DNA of 64,000 bases from a bacterium (GCA_050239825.1 JBFXGO010000004.1:9075-73074), one strand, 5' to 3'; numbered from the stretch's first letter, positions 9,353 to 19,842 are shown. Notes: generated by a model not told the origin, from the sequence alone. Numbers and translations are program-made.

Positions 9353-10229
9353 ATTCTTTTCAAGAAGGAAAGTAAGAGTATCTGTAATTCCACACTCATC
9401 AGAAGATACAAAAAACTCTAAATTTTTCTTTGTTTTGATTCCCATACTCTTTCTGCTTCTCTTTTCTCTGGTGGTATACCTACTCTTGATGTCAGCTTTG
9501 AATTTTAAAAATATCAGCAAATATGCGGCTGTGAAAAAAACCAATGAAGAGGTCAAGCTGCTCTCTATAAAAGATGACGAACTCAAAGAGAAGATGGGTG
9601 AGATTGATTATGGCGTCAAGAACCTCAAATCGCGGATGACTGAAATAATACCAGTTTACAAATATCTATCCGGGATAGTCAAGACAGACAACGAAGATTT
9701 GAGATTGACATCGAATCTTGATTCCCTTTTGATTATGACAGAGTACCTTAGCTCTGTGATGGACACTTCAGTTAAAAGACTGTCGGAAAACAAAAAATTT
9801 TCCACAGTTCCCTCCCTTGTGCCTGTCAATGGCTGGGTTCTTAGAGGATATGGCAGGGTCAGCGACCCTTACACTCAAACAATAAAAATGTCAACCGGAA
9901 TTCTTTTCGTATCGGAGACTGAGGAGAAGGTCTTTGCTACTGCTGATGGAGAAGTTTCATTTGTTGGACAAAAAGATAAATTAGGAAGCACAATTTTCAT
10001 AAATCATGCAGGGTACCAGACTCAATACTCTCATCTTTCAAACATAATTGTTTCAATCGGATCAAAAGTCAAGAAGGGTCAGCATATAGGATTTGCGGGA
10101 AAGACTGGAAAGACTCTATCTTCATCGCTGTTTTATAAAATTATGAGAGATGATTCAGTGATAGACCCTGCATCATCATTTCAGATACCTGTTTATAACC
10201 TTTACGACACTTTGATGATAAACTTATAG
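9345..10229 (+). CDS. Membrane-anchored coiled-coil M23-family protein, Zn ligands degenerate
   Basis: N-terminal TM; PVNG, VFATADGEV, YSHL, VKKGQHIG, GKTG; HxxxD and HxH motifs absent. Confidence 0.8.
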   Translation: MNRFFSRRKVRVSVIPHSSEDTKNSKFFFVLIPILFLLLFSLVVYLLLMSALNFKNISKYAAVKKTNEEVKLLSIKDDELKEKMGEIDYGVKNLKSRMTEIIPVYKYLSGIVKTDNEDLRLTSNLDSLLIMTEYLSSVMDTSVKRLSENKKFSTVPSLVPVNGWVLRGYGRVSDPYTQTIKMSTGILFVSETEEKVFATADGEVSFVGQKDKLGSTIFINHAGYQTQYSHLSNIIVSIGSKVKKGQHIGFAGKTGKTLSSSLFYKIMRDDSVIDPASSFQIPVYNLYDTLMINL

Positions 10230-11896
10230 ACATAGTATGACCTTAGAACCCTTTTCACATAATTCTTTGTCTCAATGAACGGCACCGATTCAAGGTGAAG
10301 CTCCCAATCAGCATATACTCTCTTCCATTTTTTGACATTTCCTTTTCCGGCGTTGTACGACATTATCCCTTCGGCCGGGTTGTTTGGAAAATCCTTCATA
10401 TACACCGATAAATGGTGCGCTCCTGCGTCGATGTTTTTTTCTATATCAAAAAAATCATTGTCTTTATAATACTCGGAGTATGTGAAATCCATCAACTGCA
10501 TTATCCCCTTTGCTCCCGCTGATGAAACTGCGGAAGGATTGAATGAGCTCTCCTCCCTTGCCATTGCAAGAAGAAGAGGAAGCTCGACATTGTACTTTTT
10601 TGACGCTCTTCTGAACAGTTCTATATAAGGGACAGGGTACATAACTTCAATAAAGTTTAATGAAACATCAGATGCAGGAAGATTCTCTGCAAAATATATC
10701 GCAAGATTGTGTATTTTTAAAGAGTCTGTCAGAAGCGCGGCATCTCTTCTTGAGATTTTTTCTGAAGCTGTTATTCTGAATATAAATTTGCTGAAATACT
10801 CTTCTCTTCCGGTATTCTTGAAACTTCCATATAGCTCGAGAATATCTGAATCAAAACTATCTTTGATCTCTTCAACTGCAAATGTTTTATTCAGATACAG
10901 GAATGAGCGGATCGCATAAAGATTCTTCGGAAACTCTCTTGAGAGTCTTTGAAGAATTTCCTCGCCCTCCTCTGTTTTCTTCATCTGCAGAAGTAGTTTT
11001 GCCTTATGGTACATGAATGGGGCGCTTAAACCGGGATAGTTGAGAAGAATGGAATCAGACAGTTGGCTCACCTTGCTGTTGTTCTTCAGCAAAGCGGTTA
11101 TTCGCAGTACCGCCTCCTCATCCTCCGCTTTTATATAGGATTTAAGAGCTTTTTCGAGTTCCCCTGAATCTTCATAGCTTCTTCCAAGATAGTATTCCAG
11201 TGATTTGTTTCTCAGAGAATCCGAGACAAATATTGAGTATTTTATTTTGTATTTTTTTTCTGTCCTGATAAAAAGATTTAAATTGTAATTTATAAGAGAT
11301 TTTATTTTAACTGTGTCTCCTGTGACAACAGCGGCCATGAACCGGACTTCGGGAAAAGGAGATAAAGAGTCAAAATATTTTTCATTTTCCTTTCCCTTCA
11401 TATTAGCTAGAAGGAATTCAATCGTTTCTTCCTTGGACATGAAGTCTTTTGCTTTCGAGTATAGTTTTCTTGAATAATCGTCATTCGGATGTTTGTTTAT
11501 GAATTCAATCATACTCCTCAAAGAGTTTGTGTTCACCCTCTTTCTGTCGTATGTTTTGCTTTCAATTTTATATCCCAGTCTTCTGAAGTGTGAGATGAAG
11601 AGTGTGTCGTTCGAAAATGAAATTGATCTTTTTACAGCTTGTTCAAAATCATTTTCATATTCCTTAAAAAGTATCTTTGCCTCTTTGATATTTTCGTTGT
11701 CTGCAAGTTCACTTAACAGGATCTCCCTTAGAACAAGTCTTAGTTCTTTACTCTTGACAGAATCCGCCATATTTGCGGATTTGACAGGATTGTCAAGAAA
11801 AATCCTGGTGAATAACACATCAGACTCCGATAGGGAGCTTGAATGCAGAGACATAGACAAAGAAATTATTATAAGAAGAATCAGATGCATAGGCAA
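10202..11896 (-). CDS. Soluble lytic transglycosylase (Slt70-like, TPR plus SLT domain)
   Basis: AREESSFNP, GAKGIMQLM, SYNAGKG, ETKNYVKRV. Confidence 0.9.
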   Translation of the reverse strand: MPMHLILLIIISLSMSLHSSSLSESDVLFTRIFLDNPVKSANMADSVKSKELRLVLREILLSELADNENIKEAKILFKEYENDFEQAVKRSISFSNDTLFISHFRRLGYKIESKTYDRKRVNTNSLRSMIEFINKHPNDDYSRKLYSKAKDFMSKEETIEFLLANMKGKENEKYFDSLSPFPEVRFMAAVVTGDTVKIKSLINYNLNLFIRTEKKYKIKYSIFVSDSLRNKSLEYYLGRSYEDSGELEKALKSYIKAEDEEAVLRITALLKNNSKVSQLSDSILLNYPGLSAPFMYHKAKLLLQMKKTEEGEEILQRLSREFPKNLYAIRSFLYLNKTFAVEEIKDSFDSDILELYGSFKNTGREEYFSKFIFRITASEKISRRDAALLTDSLKIHNLAIYFAENLPASDVSLNFIEVMYPVPYIELFRRASKKYNVELPLLLAMAREESSFNPSAVSSAGAKGIMQLMDFTYSEYYKDNDFFDIEKNIDAGAHHLSVYMKDFPNNPAEGIMSYNAGKGNVKKWKRVYADWELHLESVPFIETKNYVKRVLRSYYVYKFIIKVS

Positions 11897-12684
11897 CCCT
11901 TGAACACAGGAGTCACCTTCCCTTCCAGAAAAACATTGCTGTAATTATTATCATAATAAACTTTGAGAATCTCTTTTGAACGGGTTTTAAGTTTCACGGA
12001 TTCTTTTCTGCCAAAGAGCATTCCGTATATCAAGGCAGACGCCACAGAACCTGTTCCGCAGGCGAGAGTCTCATTTTCCACGCCCCTCTCGTATGTGCGT
12101 ATATAGAGAAGATCTCCTTTTTTACTTACAAAATCAATATTGGCGCCTTCCGGAGAGAATTCATCTGAATGCCTCAGCTCCCTGCCCAAATTGAAGACAT
12201 CCGTATTTTCAATATCTTTTACAAAAACCACAAAATGGGGGACTCCTGTATTTATGAATGAACCCTCGATAATACCTTTTTTTGTGCGCACCTTCATATT
12301 TTTCTTCAATGAGTGCGGTCTCTGCAGCTGTAACTTTACTACATTATTTTTTTTTATGACTGCCTTATGAAAAGCTTTTCTGGATTCAAAGGTAACTGTA
12401 TTCTTTTTTACCGCGCCGATCAGCTTCGCAAAGAGAACTATTGACCTTCCGCCGTTTCCGCACATATCCGCCTCTCTGCCGTCGCTGTTGAAATAGACCA
12501 TTTTAAAATCAAGGTTTTTTTTAGACTCTTCAAGAAGAATAAGTCCGTCAGCCCCCACCCCGGTGCCTCTTCGGCATATCATTTCAATGTACATTCGAGG
12601 CGGCCTCTTAAGGCCGCCTCTGTTATCAACCATTATGAAATCATTGCCGCTGCCTGAAATCTTGTAGAATTCCTTAATCTTCAT
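11881..12684 (-). CDS. dapF: Diaminopimelate epimerase
   Basis: GSGNDF, MCGNG, TYERGVENETLACGTG. Confidence 0.96.
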   Translation of the reverse strand: MKIKEFYKISGSGNDFIMVDNRGGLKRPPRMYIEMICRRGTGVGADGLILLEESKKNLDFKMVYFNSDGREADMCGNGGRSIVLFAKLIGAVKKNTVTFESRKAFHKAVIKKNNVVKLQLQRPHSLKKNMKVRTKKGIIEGSFINTGVPHFVVFVKDIENTDVFNLGRELRHSDEFSPEGANIDFVSKKGDLLYIRTYERGVENETLACGTGSVASALIYGMLFGRKESVKLKTRSKEILKVYYDNNYSNVFLEGKVTPVFKGCLCI

Positions 12685-13057
12685 AAGAAGCTATTGCCTC
12701 CATCTCAATCTCCGCATTTTTAGGAAGAGCGGAGACTCCCACAGCGCTTCTGGCAGGCGGATTTTCATCAAAATACTCTTTATACACCGAATTGACTCTT
12801 GAGAATAATGACATATCCTTTAGAAAAATGTTCACCTTCACAAGATGATTCATGCTCAAATGCTCTTCACTCAGCAGAGCTTTGATGTTTTCCATGACTC
12901 TCTTGGTCATCTCCTCAATTTCTCCGCTTATGATATCTCCTGAAGAAGGGTCAATCGGAAGCGTCCCTGATATAAAAAGCAGATTGCCCGACCTTATAGC
13001 CTGAGAGTATGGTCCTGCGGGCTTGCCTGCATTTTTTGTCTGAATGACTCTCTTCAT
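12674..13057 (-). CDS. ridA: RidA/YjgF enamine deaminase
   Basis: GPYSQA, PARSAV, LPKNAEIEMEAIA. Confidence 0.93.
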   Translation of the reverse strand: MKRVIQTKNAGKPAGPYSQAIRSGNLLFISGTLPIDPSSGDIISGEIEEMTKRVMENIKALLSEEHLSMNHLVKVNIFLKDMSLFSRVNSVYKEYFDENPPARSAVGVSALPKNAEIEMEAIASYED

Positions 13058-13980
13058 TCGGCACCAAGCAGACGGAGCATGACTGCCTTCTGTGCATGAA
13101 GGCGATTCTCCGCTTCGTCGAATACAACAGAATTTTTTGAATCTATCACATCATCAGTCACCTCTTCTCCTCTGTGAGCAGGAAGACAATGCATGAAGAG
13201 AGAATCTTTTTTTGCGGTTTTAAAGAGTTTCATATTTACCTGATACGGTTTGAATGCCTTTGCTCTCGCCTCTTTTTCGGTTTCTTCTCCCATTGATGCC
13301 CACACATCCGTATAAATTACATCCGCATTTTTTGCAGCTTCAAACGGATCATTTGTTATCACTATCTTTGCTCCGCTCTTCCTGGCAAGCTCTCTGCTCT
13401 TCTGGACATAGTATTCATCCGGTTCATAACCCTTTGCCACCCCTATATAGAAGTCGGCTCCCATAAGAGATGAGATGAGCATCAGAGAGTGGCTCATGTT
13501 GTTTCCTGCTCCGAGAAAGGCAAATTTAAGTTTGCTTGTTCTTCCTATATGCTCATCGATTGTGAGAAAATCCGCAAGAACCTGGCACGGATGTTCGGCA
13601 TCCGACAGAGCATTTATTACAGGCACTTTTGAATATTTCGCCAGATCAACTATGGACTTATGCGAAAAAGTGCGCGCCATTATTATATTTACCATCCTGT
13701 CAAGATTTCTTGCTATATCCGGCACACTCTCCCTTGATCCCAAGGAGATGTCCTTCGGTCCGAGGTATATGGCATGCCCTCCAAGCTGCGTGAATCCTGT
13801 CTCAAAGCTTACCCTTGTCCTGAGTGAGGGCTTCTCAAATATCATCGCCAAAGTCATCTGATTAAAGCAATCTCTGTATTTTCCCTTTTTAACTTCTTTC
13901 TTGACCTTCTTTGCTATTTTAAAGAGATCTAAAACCTCTTTCTGCGATAGATCAAGAATCGACACCAAATCCTTTTTCAA
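13054..13980 (-). CDS. argF: Ornithine carbamoyltransferase
   Basis: SLRTRVSF, HPCQ, DVWASMG, FMHCLP, EAENR. Confidence 0.95.
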   Translation of the reverse strand: MKKDLVSILDLSQKEVLDLFKIAKKVKKEVKKGKYRDCFNQMTLAMIFEKPSLRTRVSFETGFTQLGGHAIYLGPKDISLGSRESVPDIARNLDRMVNIIMARTFSHKSIVDLAKYSKVPVINALSDAEHPCQVLADFLTIDEHIGRTSKLKFAFLGAGNNMSHSLMLISSLMGADFYIGVAKGYEPDEYYVQKSRELARKSGAKIVITNDPFEAAKNADVIYTDVWASMGEETEKEARAKAFKPYQVNMKLFKTAKKDSLFMHCLPAHRGEEVTDDVIDSKNSVVFDEAENRLHAQKAVMLRLLGAE

Positions 13981-13992
13981 AAGTACCTCCTT

Positions 13993-14478
13993 TTACTGTA
14001 TTTCGAATTTTACCGCCTTAAAATCTTCTATGAGTTTTTCTGAAATGTCCAATGAAAGTTTGGCTGTCTGCTCAACTATCTTTTTTGCCTCCTCCAATTT
14101 CACCTCTTCGATTCTCTTAATCCTCAGGAGTAGCGCCAGGTTTTTCTCAATGCCTAAAGTAAAACCGTTCAAATACATATTGCTCTCAAGGAGAGCCCTG
14201 TAAAATGGCAGAATATTCTTCTCGGGAAGAAATACAATGGGGGAAATTACTTTAAGATAGATTTTTTCGTCCTCGCTTTTGAAAACATATATGTAAACAT
14301 AGACAGTTCCAATATTGACCATCCATCCGAGAGTATCCTTGCCCTCCATCTCGATTTTCGATTCGTCATGCGATGTCCCTAGGGCTGAGAGAAGCTCTCC
14401 GATAAGCATCGATGCTTCGTCAATCGTGTCGATTTTATCCGATGCAAAGAATGTCTTAAAAAGATTGTTCAATGTCAT
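13993..14478 (-). CDS. YbjN / type III chaperone-fold protein
   Basis: WxVxIGTVxVxI...SPIVFLP...FYRALLESN pattern typical of YbjN/CesT-like proteins. Confidence 0.7.
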   Translation of the reverse strand: MTLNNLFKTFFASDKIDTIDEASMLIGELLSALGTSHDESKIEMEGKDTLGWMVNIGTVYVYIYVFKSEDEKIYLKVISPIVFLPEKNILPFYRALLESNMYLNGFTLGIEKNLALLLRIKRIEEVKLEEAKKIVEQTAKLSLDISEKLIEDFKAVKFEIQ

Positions 14479-15254
14479 CTGTTCTCCGTAAGCTTATGGC
14501 CGCAGAAGGCGCACCATCTGCTCTTTTTTAGATTTGTTTTTCCGCATGCCTCGCACTTGTTTGTCTTCTTCTTGTGTTTGTGTTCAATTTCCGGAAGAAT
14601 TGTTCCGCACTTTAAGCACCATTTTTCATCCGATTCGGTGTAAGCTCCGCAGTTGGAGCAGTATCTGCTGTTTTCAATCGCTTTGAATTTAAGAAGAGAC
14701 TCTTTTACAAGAGGCATTATGTCAGAAACTGGAATGGCGAATCCTATTCCCGAAGCGTCGGCTATTTTAAGAGTGTTTATGCCTATAACATTACCCTTCA
14801 TGTCCAACAAAGGACCGCCGCTGTTGCCCGGATTTATCGCCACATCCGTTTGAATGTATTTGATATCCTGAATCTCCCTGTCTACCGCCGAAATTATCCC
14901 TTTGGTGACCGTATTTTCATACCCGAAAGGATTCCCATATGCTATAACAGAGTCCCCAATCGCGTATGTCTTTGTCAAAGGCATCTTTGCCTGAACTATT
15001 TTTTTTTCTGTATCTATCTTTATAAAAGCAATGTCCCTCGCAAAGTAGGAGAGAAGGACTTTTCCTTCTATGGTCTCCTTGTCAAACAAAGTAACCGTGC
15101 ATGTCTTGAAGCTTCCAACCACATGAGAATTTGTTATAACTATTCCGCGTCTATCCGCTATAAATCCAGTTCCTATGCTCTCCTCAGTCTGTATTGTCAC
15201 GATGAATCTGCGGACTCTTCTTATGAGCGAAGAAACGGAATCAGATTTTGCCAT
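14475..15254 (-). CDS. Cytoplasmic S1C trypsin-like protease with C-terminal double zinc ribbons
   Basis: TNSHV, RDIAF, GNSGGP triad; four CxxCG motifs; no signal peptide or PDZ. Confidence 0.88.
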   Translation of the reverse strand: MAKSDSVSSLIRRVRRFIVTIQTEESIGTGFIADRRGIVITNSHVVGSFKTCTVTLFDKETIEGKVLLSYFARDIAFIKIDTEKKIVQAKMPLTKTYAIGDSVIAYGNPFGYENTVTKGIISAVDREIQDIKYIQTDVAINPGNSGGPLLDMKGNVIGINTLKIADASGIGFAIPVSDIMPLVKESLLKFKAIENSRYCSNCGAYTESDEKWCLKCGTILPEIEHKHKKKTNKCEACGKTNLKKSRWCAFCGHKLTENR

Positions 15255-16515
15255 TCCTTTTCAGTTCCTTTTTGAATTCTTCCGCCGCTTCATTAAGAGC
15301 ATCCTTCGGGCTTTTGCCTCCCTTGACTGCATACTCCAGAGCATTGCCGAGCAGTTTCCTTCCTATATACCATTCTTTGTCCTGTGGCTCCATATATGCG
15401 TATTCAAGCTGTTTATAGACTTCCCTGAGTCCTTCATATTTTTCAAACTGTTCCCTCAAAACAAAAGATTCCATTGAACTTTTCCTCACAGGAAGGTATC
15501 CTGTCCTCTGCGACCAGAGGGCCTGCATTTCGGTTGAAGTGAAAAATTCTATAAAGGCGTAGGCGGCAGACTGCTTCTCCTTGGATGATTTGTTGAAGAT
15601 TGCCACATTAGTGCCTGAAATAAGCACCGCGTCCTTATCTCCGCTCGGCAGAGGCGCCATTCCCAGTCTGAATGGCGGTTTTGCATCCATTATAAACGAT
15701 AAAGAGACGCATGAACCGTAAATTGTGCTCACCTTCTGTGAAAGAAAATCATCCTGATGCTGATAACCGGTGGTTGTGTATCCGCTCTTATCATCAATAA
15801 CCATTTGCCTGTCTATCTCAATAGCTTTTATCCCTGCATCCGAATTAAATAACGGCTTCAATGATGCATCTGTAAGCTCTCCTCCGAACTGGAGAAGCCT
15901 GCATTCGAACATCCACACATTTATATTGAATGCGGTTCCGTGGAAATCAGTCTCTCCGTCTTTGTTTGTGTCAAAAGTCATTTTTTTCATAGCCTCAAGA
16001 AAAGCGTCCCAGGTATCCGGAAACTTTTCGTATCCGTTTTTTTTGAAGACATCGGCATTATAGAAATAGGCGGGTACGGACTTATTGAATGGCATTGTCA
16101 CAAGCTTGCCGTTAAATGTGTTGTCCTTAATAAACACTTCATAGATATCCTTTTTTACATCCTCTATGCTCAGCGAATCCATCAGATCCTCTATGGGAGT
16201 GAGAATTCCAGAAGCGACAAATTCACTTGTCCATGATTCATAGACCTGTGACATCACCGGAGGATTAGAAATTGATGCCATTAGTTTTGTAGAAAGAGCC
16301 TCATATGTCCCGACTGATATCAGCTCAATTTTGATTTTTGGGTTCAGAGCATTGAATGAATCGGCAATCATATCAAGAGCCTCTCCCGAAGGTCCTCCCA
16401 TGACATGCCAGAATGTCACGATTGTGACATCTTTGTCTTTTCCGGCATCGCACCCTGCGAAGAGAACCGCCATTATAATCAAAATCAATACAAGTCTTTT
16501 CATTTCACACTCCAT
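15241..16515 (-). CDS. ABC transporter substrate-binding lipoprotein (UgpB/sugar family)
   Basis: Lipobox FAGC, TFWH, MPFNKS, TGYLPVRKS. Start may be the second Met (MKRLVL). Confidence 0.9.
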   Translation of the reverse strand: MECEMKRLVLILIIMAVLFAGCDAGKDKDVTIVTFWHVMGGPSGEALDMIADSFNALNPKIKIELISVGTYEALSTKLMASISNPPVMSQVYESWTSEFVASGILTPIEDLMDSLSIEDVKKDIYEVFIKDNTFNGKLVTMPFNKSVPAYFYNADVFKKNGYEKFPDTWDAFLEAMKKMTFDTNKDGETDFHGTAFNINVWMFECRLLQFGGELTDASLKPLFNSDAGIKAIEIDRQMVIDDKSGYTTTGYQHQDDFLSQKVSTIYGSCVSLSFIMDAKPPFRLGMAPLPSGDKDAVLISGTNVAIFNKSSKEKQSAAYAFIEFFTSTEMQALWSQRTGYLPVRKSSMESFVLREQFEKYEGLREVYKQLEYAYMEPQDKEWYIGRKLLGNALEYAVKGGKSPKDALNEAAEEFKKELKRNGKI

Positions 16516-16517
16516 TT

Positions 16518-17579
16518 TTATTCGTTCAGAGGTTTTAAAACATAACCGTTATCTGTGTTCAAATAAAAGTATTTTTCAGAAGTCTCCTTCTTCATCCAGT
16601 TCAATTCCACCAGTTTGTTCAAATTAGCGGGGAATTCCCTATATTTCAGAAAATAGACCCTGAGCATATAATCTATGTTTTCAAGTTCATAGGCTTCCGT
16701 CGCCTGATATCTGACCTTTCCCATTGTCTCCATTCTCTTTATAACAGGCATCATGAGTATTCCGACTGCGGATATAAGCATTACCGCGAAAAGAAGTACG
16801 CTCCAGGAGAGTATCAACTTTCCGTTTATCTTCTTTTCGTCCCTGCTCTTGCTCTTTGTTTCAACAGCGGCGGTTTTTTTTGTTTTGACTATCAAATTCA
16901 TCTTCAAAAGATTGTAGACCGCCTGGTAGGTGAGAAATTTTCCCAGACCGCTCGTTCTTATAAGTTCTTCAAGGGATTTATCCGGTGATATAATCTGAAT
17001 GAGCCTCTCTTCTTCAGGTCCAAGATTGGCTGGTATCGCAGCATTATCGGCAGTTTTGAAATAAATGTCCGTATTCGGAAGGAGAAGCTGAATGTTGGGC
17101 CATTCGTCGATTCTTCTCATCCCCTCCATCATCAAAGCCTGAGTGTTTATCTTTATCTGTATGGTTGAATTGGGATACATTATTACATCTTCAATAAACT
17201 CATACTCTCCCTCGTACCACGTAAAGAGTTCGTCAAAAATTTCCTGAATCTTGAATTGTATTATTTCAGACCATTGCTCCTGAGTGATATGCTTCTCTTC
17301 AAATAAAATCTTTTCAAGCGGAAGCCGTGTTTCTCTATTGATATCTAGAACTTTTCCGAATGATTCTTGAGATATCTTTCCGCTGTTTACAAGATACTCC
17401 TTTATCAACTCCTGCATGCCTGCCCTATGATATACGGCCGCATTGACACTGCCTTTTATGAATCCCACTTCTATCTTGTCCGTTTTATTCGAAAGCGACA
17501 AAACGCCGTTCTTCTCGGTTTGAGCTATGAACCCGATAATATTCGGCAGGTCATCCTTTGAGCGAATTTCACCTTTCAT
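16518..17579 (-). CDS. DUF4388 (PATAN-like) domain membrane protein
   Basis: MKGEIR..DLPNII, LFTWYEGEYEF, LMMEGMRRIDEW; C-terminal TM. Confidence 0.85.
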   Translation of the reverse strand: MKGEIRSKDDLPNIIGFIAQTEKNGVLSLSNKTDKIEVGFIKGSVNAAVYHRAGMQELIKEYLVNSGKISQESFGKVLDINRETRLPLEKILFEEKHITQEQWSEIIQFKIQEIFDELFTWYEGEYEFIEDVIMYPNSTIQIKINTQALMMEGMRRIDEWPNIQLLLPNTDIYFKTADNAAIPANLGPEEERLIQIISPDKSLEELIRTSGLGKFLTYQAVYNLLKMNLIVKTKKTAAVETKSKSRDEKKINGKLILSWSVLLFAVMLISAVGILMMPVIKRMETMGKVRYQATEAYELENIDYMLRVYFLKYREFPANLNKLVELNWMKKETSEKYFYLNTDNGYVLKPLNE

Positions 17580-19651
17580 TTTTCTTCCTTTGTTATTATG
17601 AAACTTATAAAATAAAATATAATTATGATACCCAGAAAAATATATCCGTATTCGAAATGGATACCTTTCAACAGATTGGGATTTTTGCTTATGAATATTT
17701 TGTCTGAAAAAATAAGAAGAGCCAAAGCAGATGTTAGAGTCACAAGAACATGCCCCTTGAAAGTGCTTCCCTCAAGAACTTTGCTAAAGCCGGGAAATAC
17801 GAGAGAGGCGAACCTGCGCTTTTTGAAGAAAGCTTTTTTCCTGAGTCTTATCAGACTTTCAAATTTTCTTGCTTTGAATACATCCGAAAGGGTCTCTGAA
17901 AGCGAGAGATAATCCTCTTCACATATATACGATTCGCTGTACCTCTTTCTGTCTCCATCTGAGATGGGTTTTCCGCAGGTGTGGCATCTCTCTATCTTTA
18001 ATTTCTTTTTGAAGACAAACGATAAAATAAGTCCGAGAAGAGCGGTCAGAAGAGCAATAAAAGATATCAGATTTATACCGACACCCATCATAACCGGAGA
18101 ATCCAAGACCTTCTTTGTTTTTAAAAATTCATCCCACACGAACCTTTCCGGAATATTACAGTCTATTATTTCTGTGTTGTAGTACTTATCTTCGGAATTC
18201 TCTATATAAGGGGTTATCAAATCATAATTAAGCTCCTTTGCCTTTCTCACATAATCATCGGATACTGTAAGCTCCATCTTCTTAAGGTATATCTGCCCGA
18301 GATTGTAATAGGGGTGCGCAAGCTTGGGAGAGGCCTCAATCGCCTTTTCATAGTTTTCAATGGCTTTTTCATAGTATCCTTTCAGATACATTATATTGCC
18401 GATGTTATTATAAAGTTCGGCGAAGCCGTCCTTCTTAAGCAGAATTTTATTATACTCCTCTTCAGCCTTTTCAAAATATCCACCCTTCTTGTACAATTTC
18501 GCTTTTGCATACAAAAGAGGAGTATTGAAAGGCTGCTCTTCTATGAGAGAGTTTATCTTGTTTAGAAGTTTGATATCCCAATAGGTATTGTCTGCTTTTA
18601 TCATCACGCTCACATTGTCATTAGGATTCATCATGGATAAAACTTTGTTCTCCACATTGAAGAATTGAGGCGTCAATGAAACAATGAGCATCATGAACAA
18701 CAGGGTTGATTTTTCTTTTTTATCTGCAAAAAGAAATGTCAGGAGAGAAACAAAAAACAGCCATATCACGGGATTGAATTGCAGCAGTATCGGAAATATC
18801 AGAACGGCAAGACCGAGAAATAACTTCTGTCTTTCATCAAGAGGAAGTTTTACATGTCTTTTGAAGAAATAAAAATATTTGTCAGCCACTCTGAAAAACA
18901 TCATAATTGTCATAACAAAAAACACAGTGAGAATAAGGTATCTGAAGAATTTGACTATATTATATATAAAGACAAATTTATTGAAGCTTTCCGACAATTG
19001 TTCCTTCATCATTTTAAATGAATATCCGATATACTCAAACCTTCGTTCGCGAAGAACAAGATTGAACAGATTTTCTATAATCTGGGGATTATACGGGTCA
19101 AGTTTGTTTGCCAGTATCAGATATTCAGCCGCTCTGTCTATATTCTTGGCTGAGTATTCGTCGAGAGCCGACAGATTGAGGTATAGAGCTACTTCGGGTA
19201 GAGCGACAGCTCCTATTTTGTACTTGATGTTTTCGAACTGCTCTATCTCTCTCTCCATTGCATATTTAATGAGATGTTTGGAATATATCTGATAAAGCCT
19301 CAGGTGAACCGTATAGTCGATGCCTGCAAGGTCGCTTGCTTTGTTGAAATAGTATGAAGCTGAATCGGTATTTTTAGAATAATGAAAGGTGAATCCATAT
19401 GCGACAAAGTAAAACGGATTGGTATTGGAATCGCTGATTAATTCTTTGTATTTGGCATTCATCAGCGAAAAGTCAGCATCAGGAATGTATCCTTCGCCGC
19501 GTAGTATCTTTCCGTACTCGGGATAAAAGTCAAACGCGTCATTCTCAAGGAGTATAACCTGCTTGAAAATATCGCTCACCTCCTGCCCTGCTGATGGAAT
19601 GAAGCTGAACACCGACAGCAGGAGTAAAAGAATAATGCCCGATCTTTTCAT
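17576..19651 (-). CDS. Polytopic membrane protein with TPR repeats and a CxxCG motif
   Basis: Signal peptide, TPRs (LYNNIGNI, YYNLGQ), several TM segments, CHTCGKPI. Confidence 0.8.
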   Translation of the reverse strand: MKRSGIILLLLLSVFSFIPSAGQEVSDIFKQVILLENDAFDFYPEYGKILRGEGYIPDADFSLMNAKYKELISDSNTNPFYFVAYGFTFHYSKNTDSASYYFNKASDLAGIDYTVHLRLYQIYSKHLIKYAMEREIEQFENIKYKIGAVALPEVALYLNLSALDEYSAKNIDRAAEYLILANKLDPYNPQIIENLFNLVLRERRFEYIGYSFKMMKEQLSESFNKFVFIYNIVKFFRYLILTVFFVMTIMMFFRVADKYFYFFKRHVKLPLDERQKLFLGLAVLIFPILLQFNPVIWLFFVSLLTFLFADKKEKSTLLFMMLIVSLTPQFFNVENKVLSMMNPNDNVSVMIKADNTYWDIKLLNKINSLIEEQPFNTPLLYAKAKLYKKGGYFEKAEEEYNKILLKKDGFAELYNNIGNIMYLKGYYEKAIENYEKAIEASPKLAHPYYNLGQIYLKKMELTVSDDYVRKAKELNYDLITPYIENSEDKYYNTEIIDCNIPERFVWDEFLKTKKVLDSPVMMGVGINLISFIALLTALLGLILSFVFKKKLKIERCHTCGKPISDGDRKRYSESYICEEDYLSLSETLSDVFKARKFESLIRLRKKAFFKKRRFASLVFPGFSKVLEGSTFKGHVLVTLTSALALLIFSDKIFISKNPNLLKGIHFEYGYIFLGIIIIFYFISFIITKEEK

Positions 19652-19842
19652 TTTTTAAGAATCGCCGCCGGTATTAAAATGACATATCCCAGCACCAGAA
19701 GAACAGGAGAAATCGTTATGTCGCCTCCGGCCATCAGCACATAACCGAGAAGGATTGATACAAATGCGGCGGCGAAAATCACAAGACTCGTTCTGGAAAA
19801 TGAGAGTTTCTCTCCGGATGTGTCTGTTTTTTTGTTTTTCAT
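19648..19842 (-). CDS. Small two-TM membrane protein (DUF3098-like)
   Basis: LGYVLM..ITISPVLLVLGYVILIPAAILKK. Confidence 0.75.
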   Translation of the reverse strand: MKNKKTDTSGEKLSFSRTSLVIFAAAFVSILLGYVLMAGGDITISPVLLVLGYVILIPAAILKK

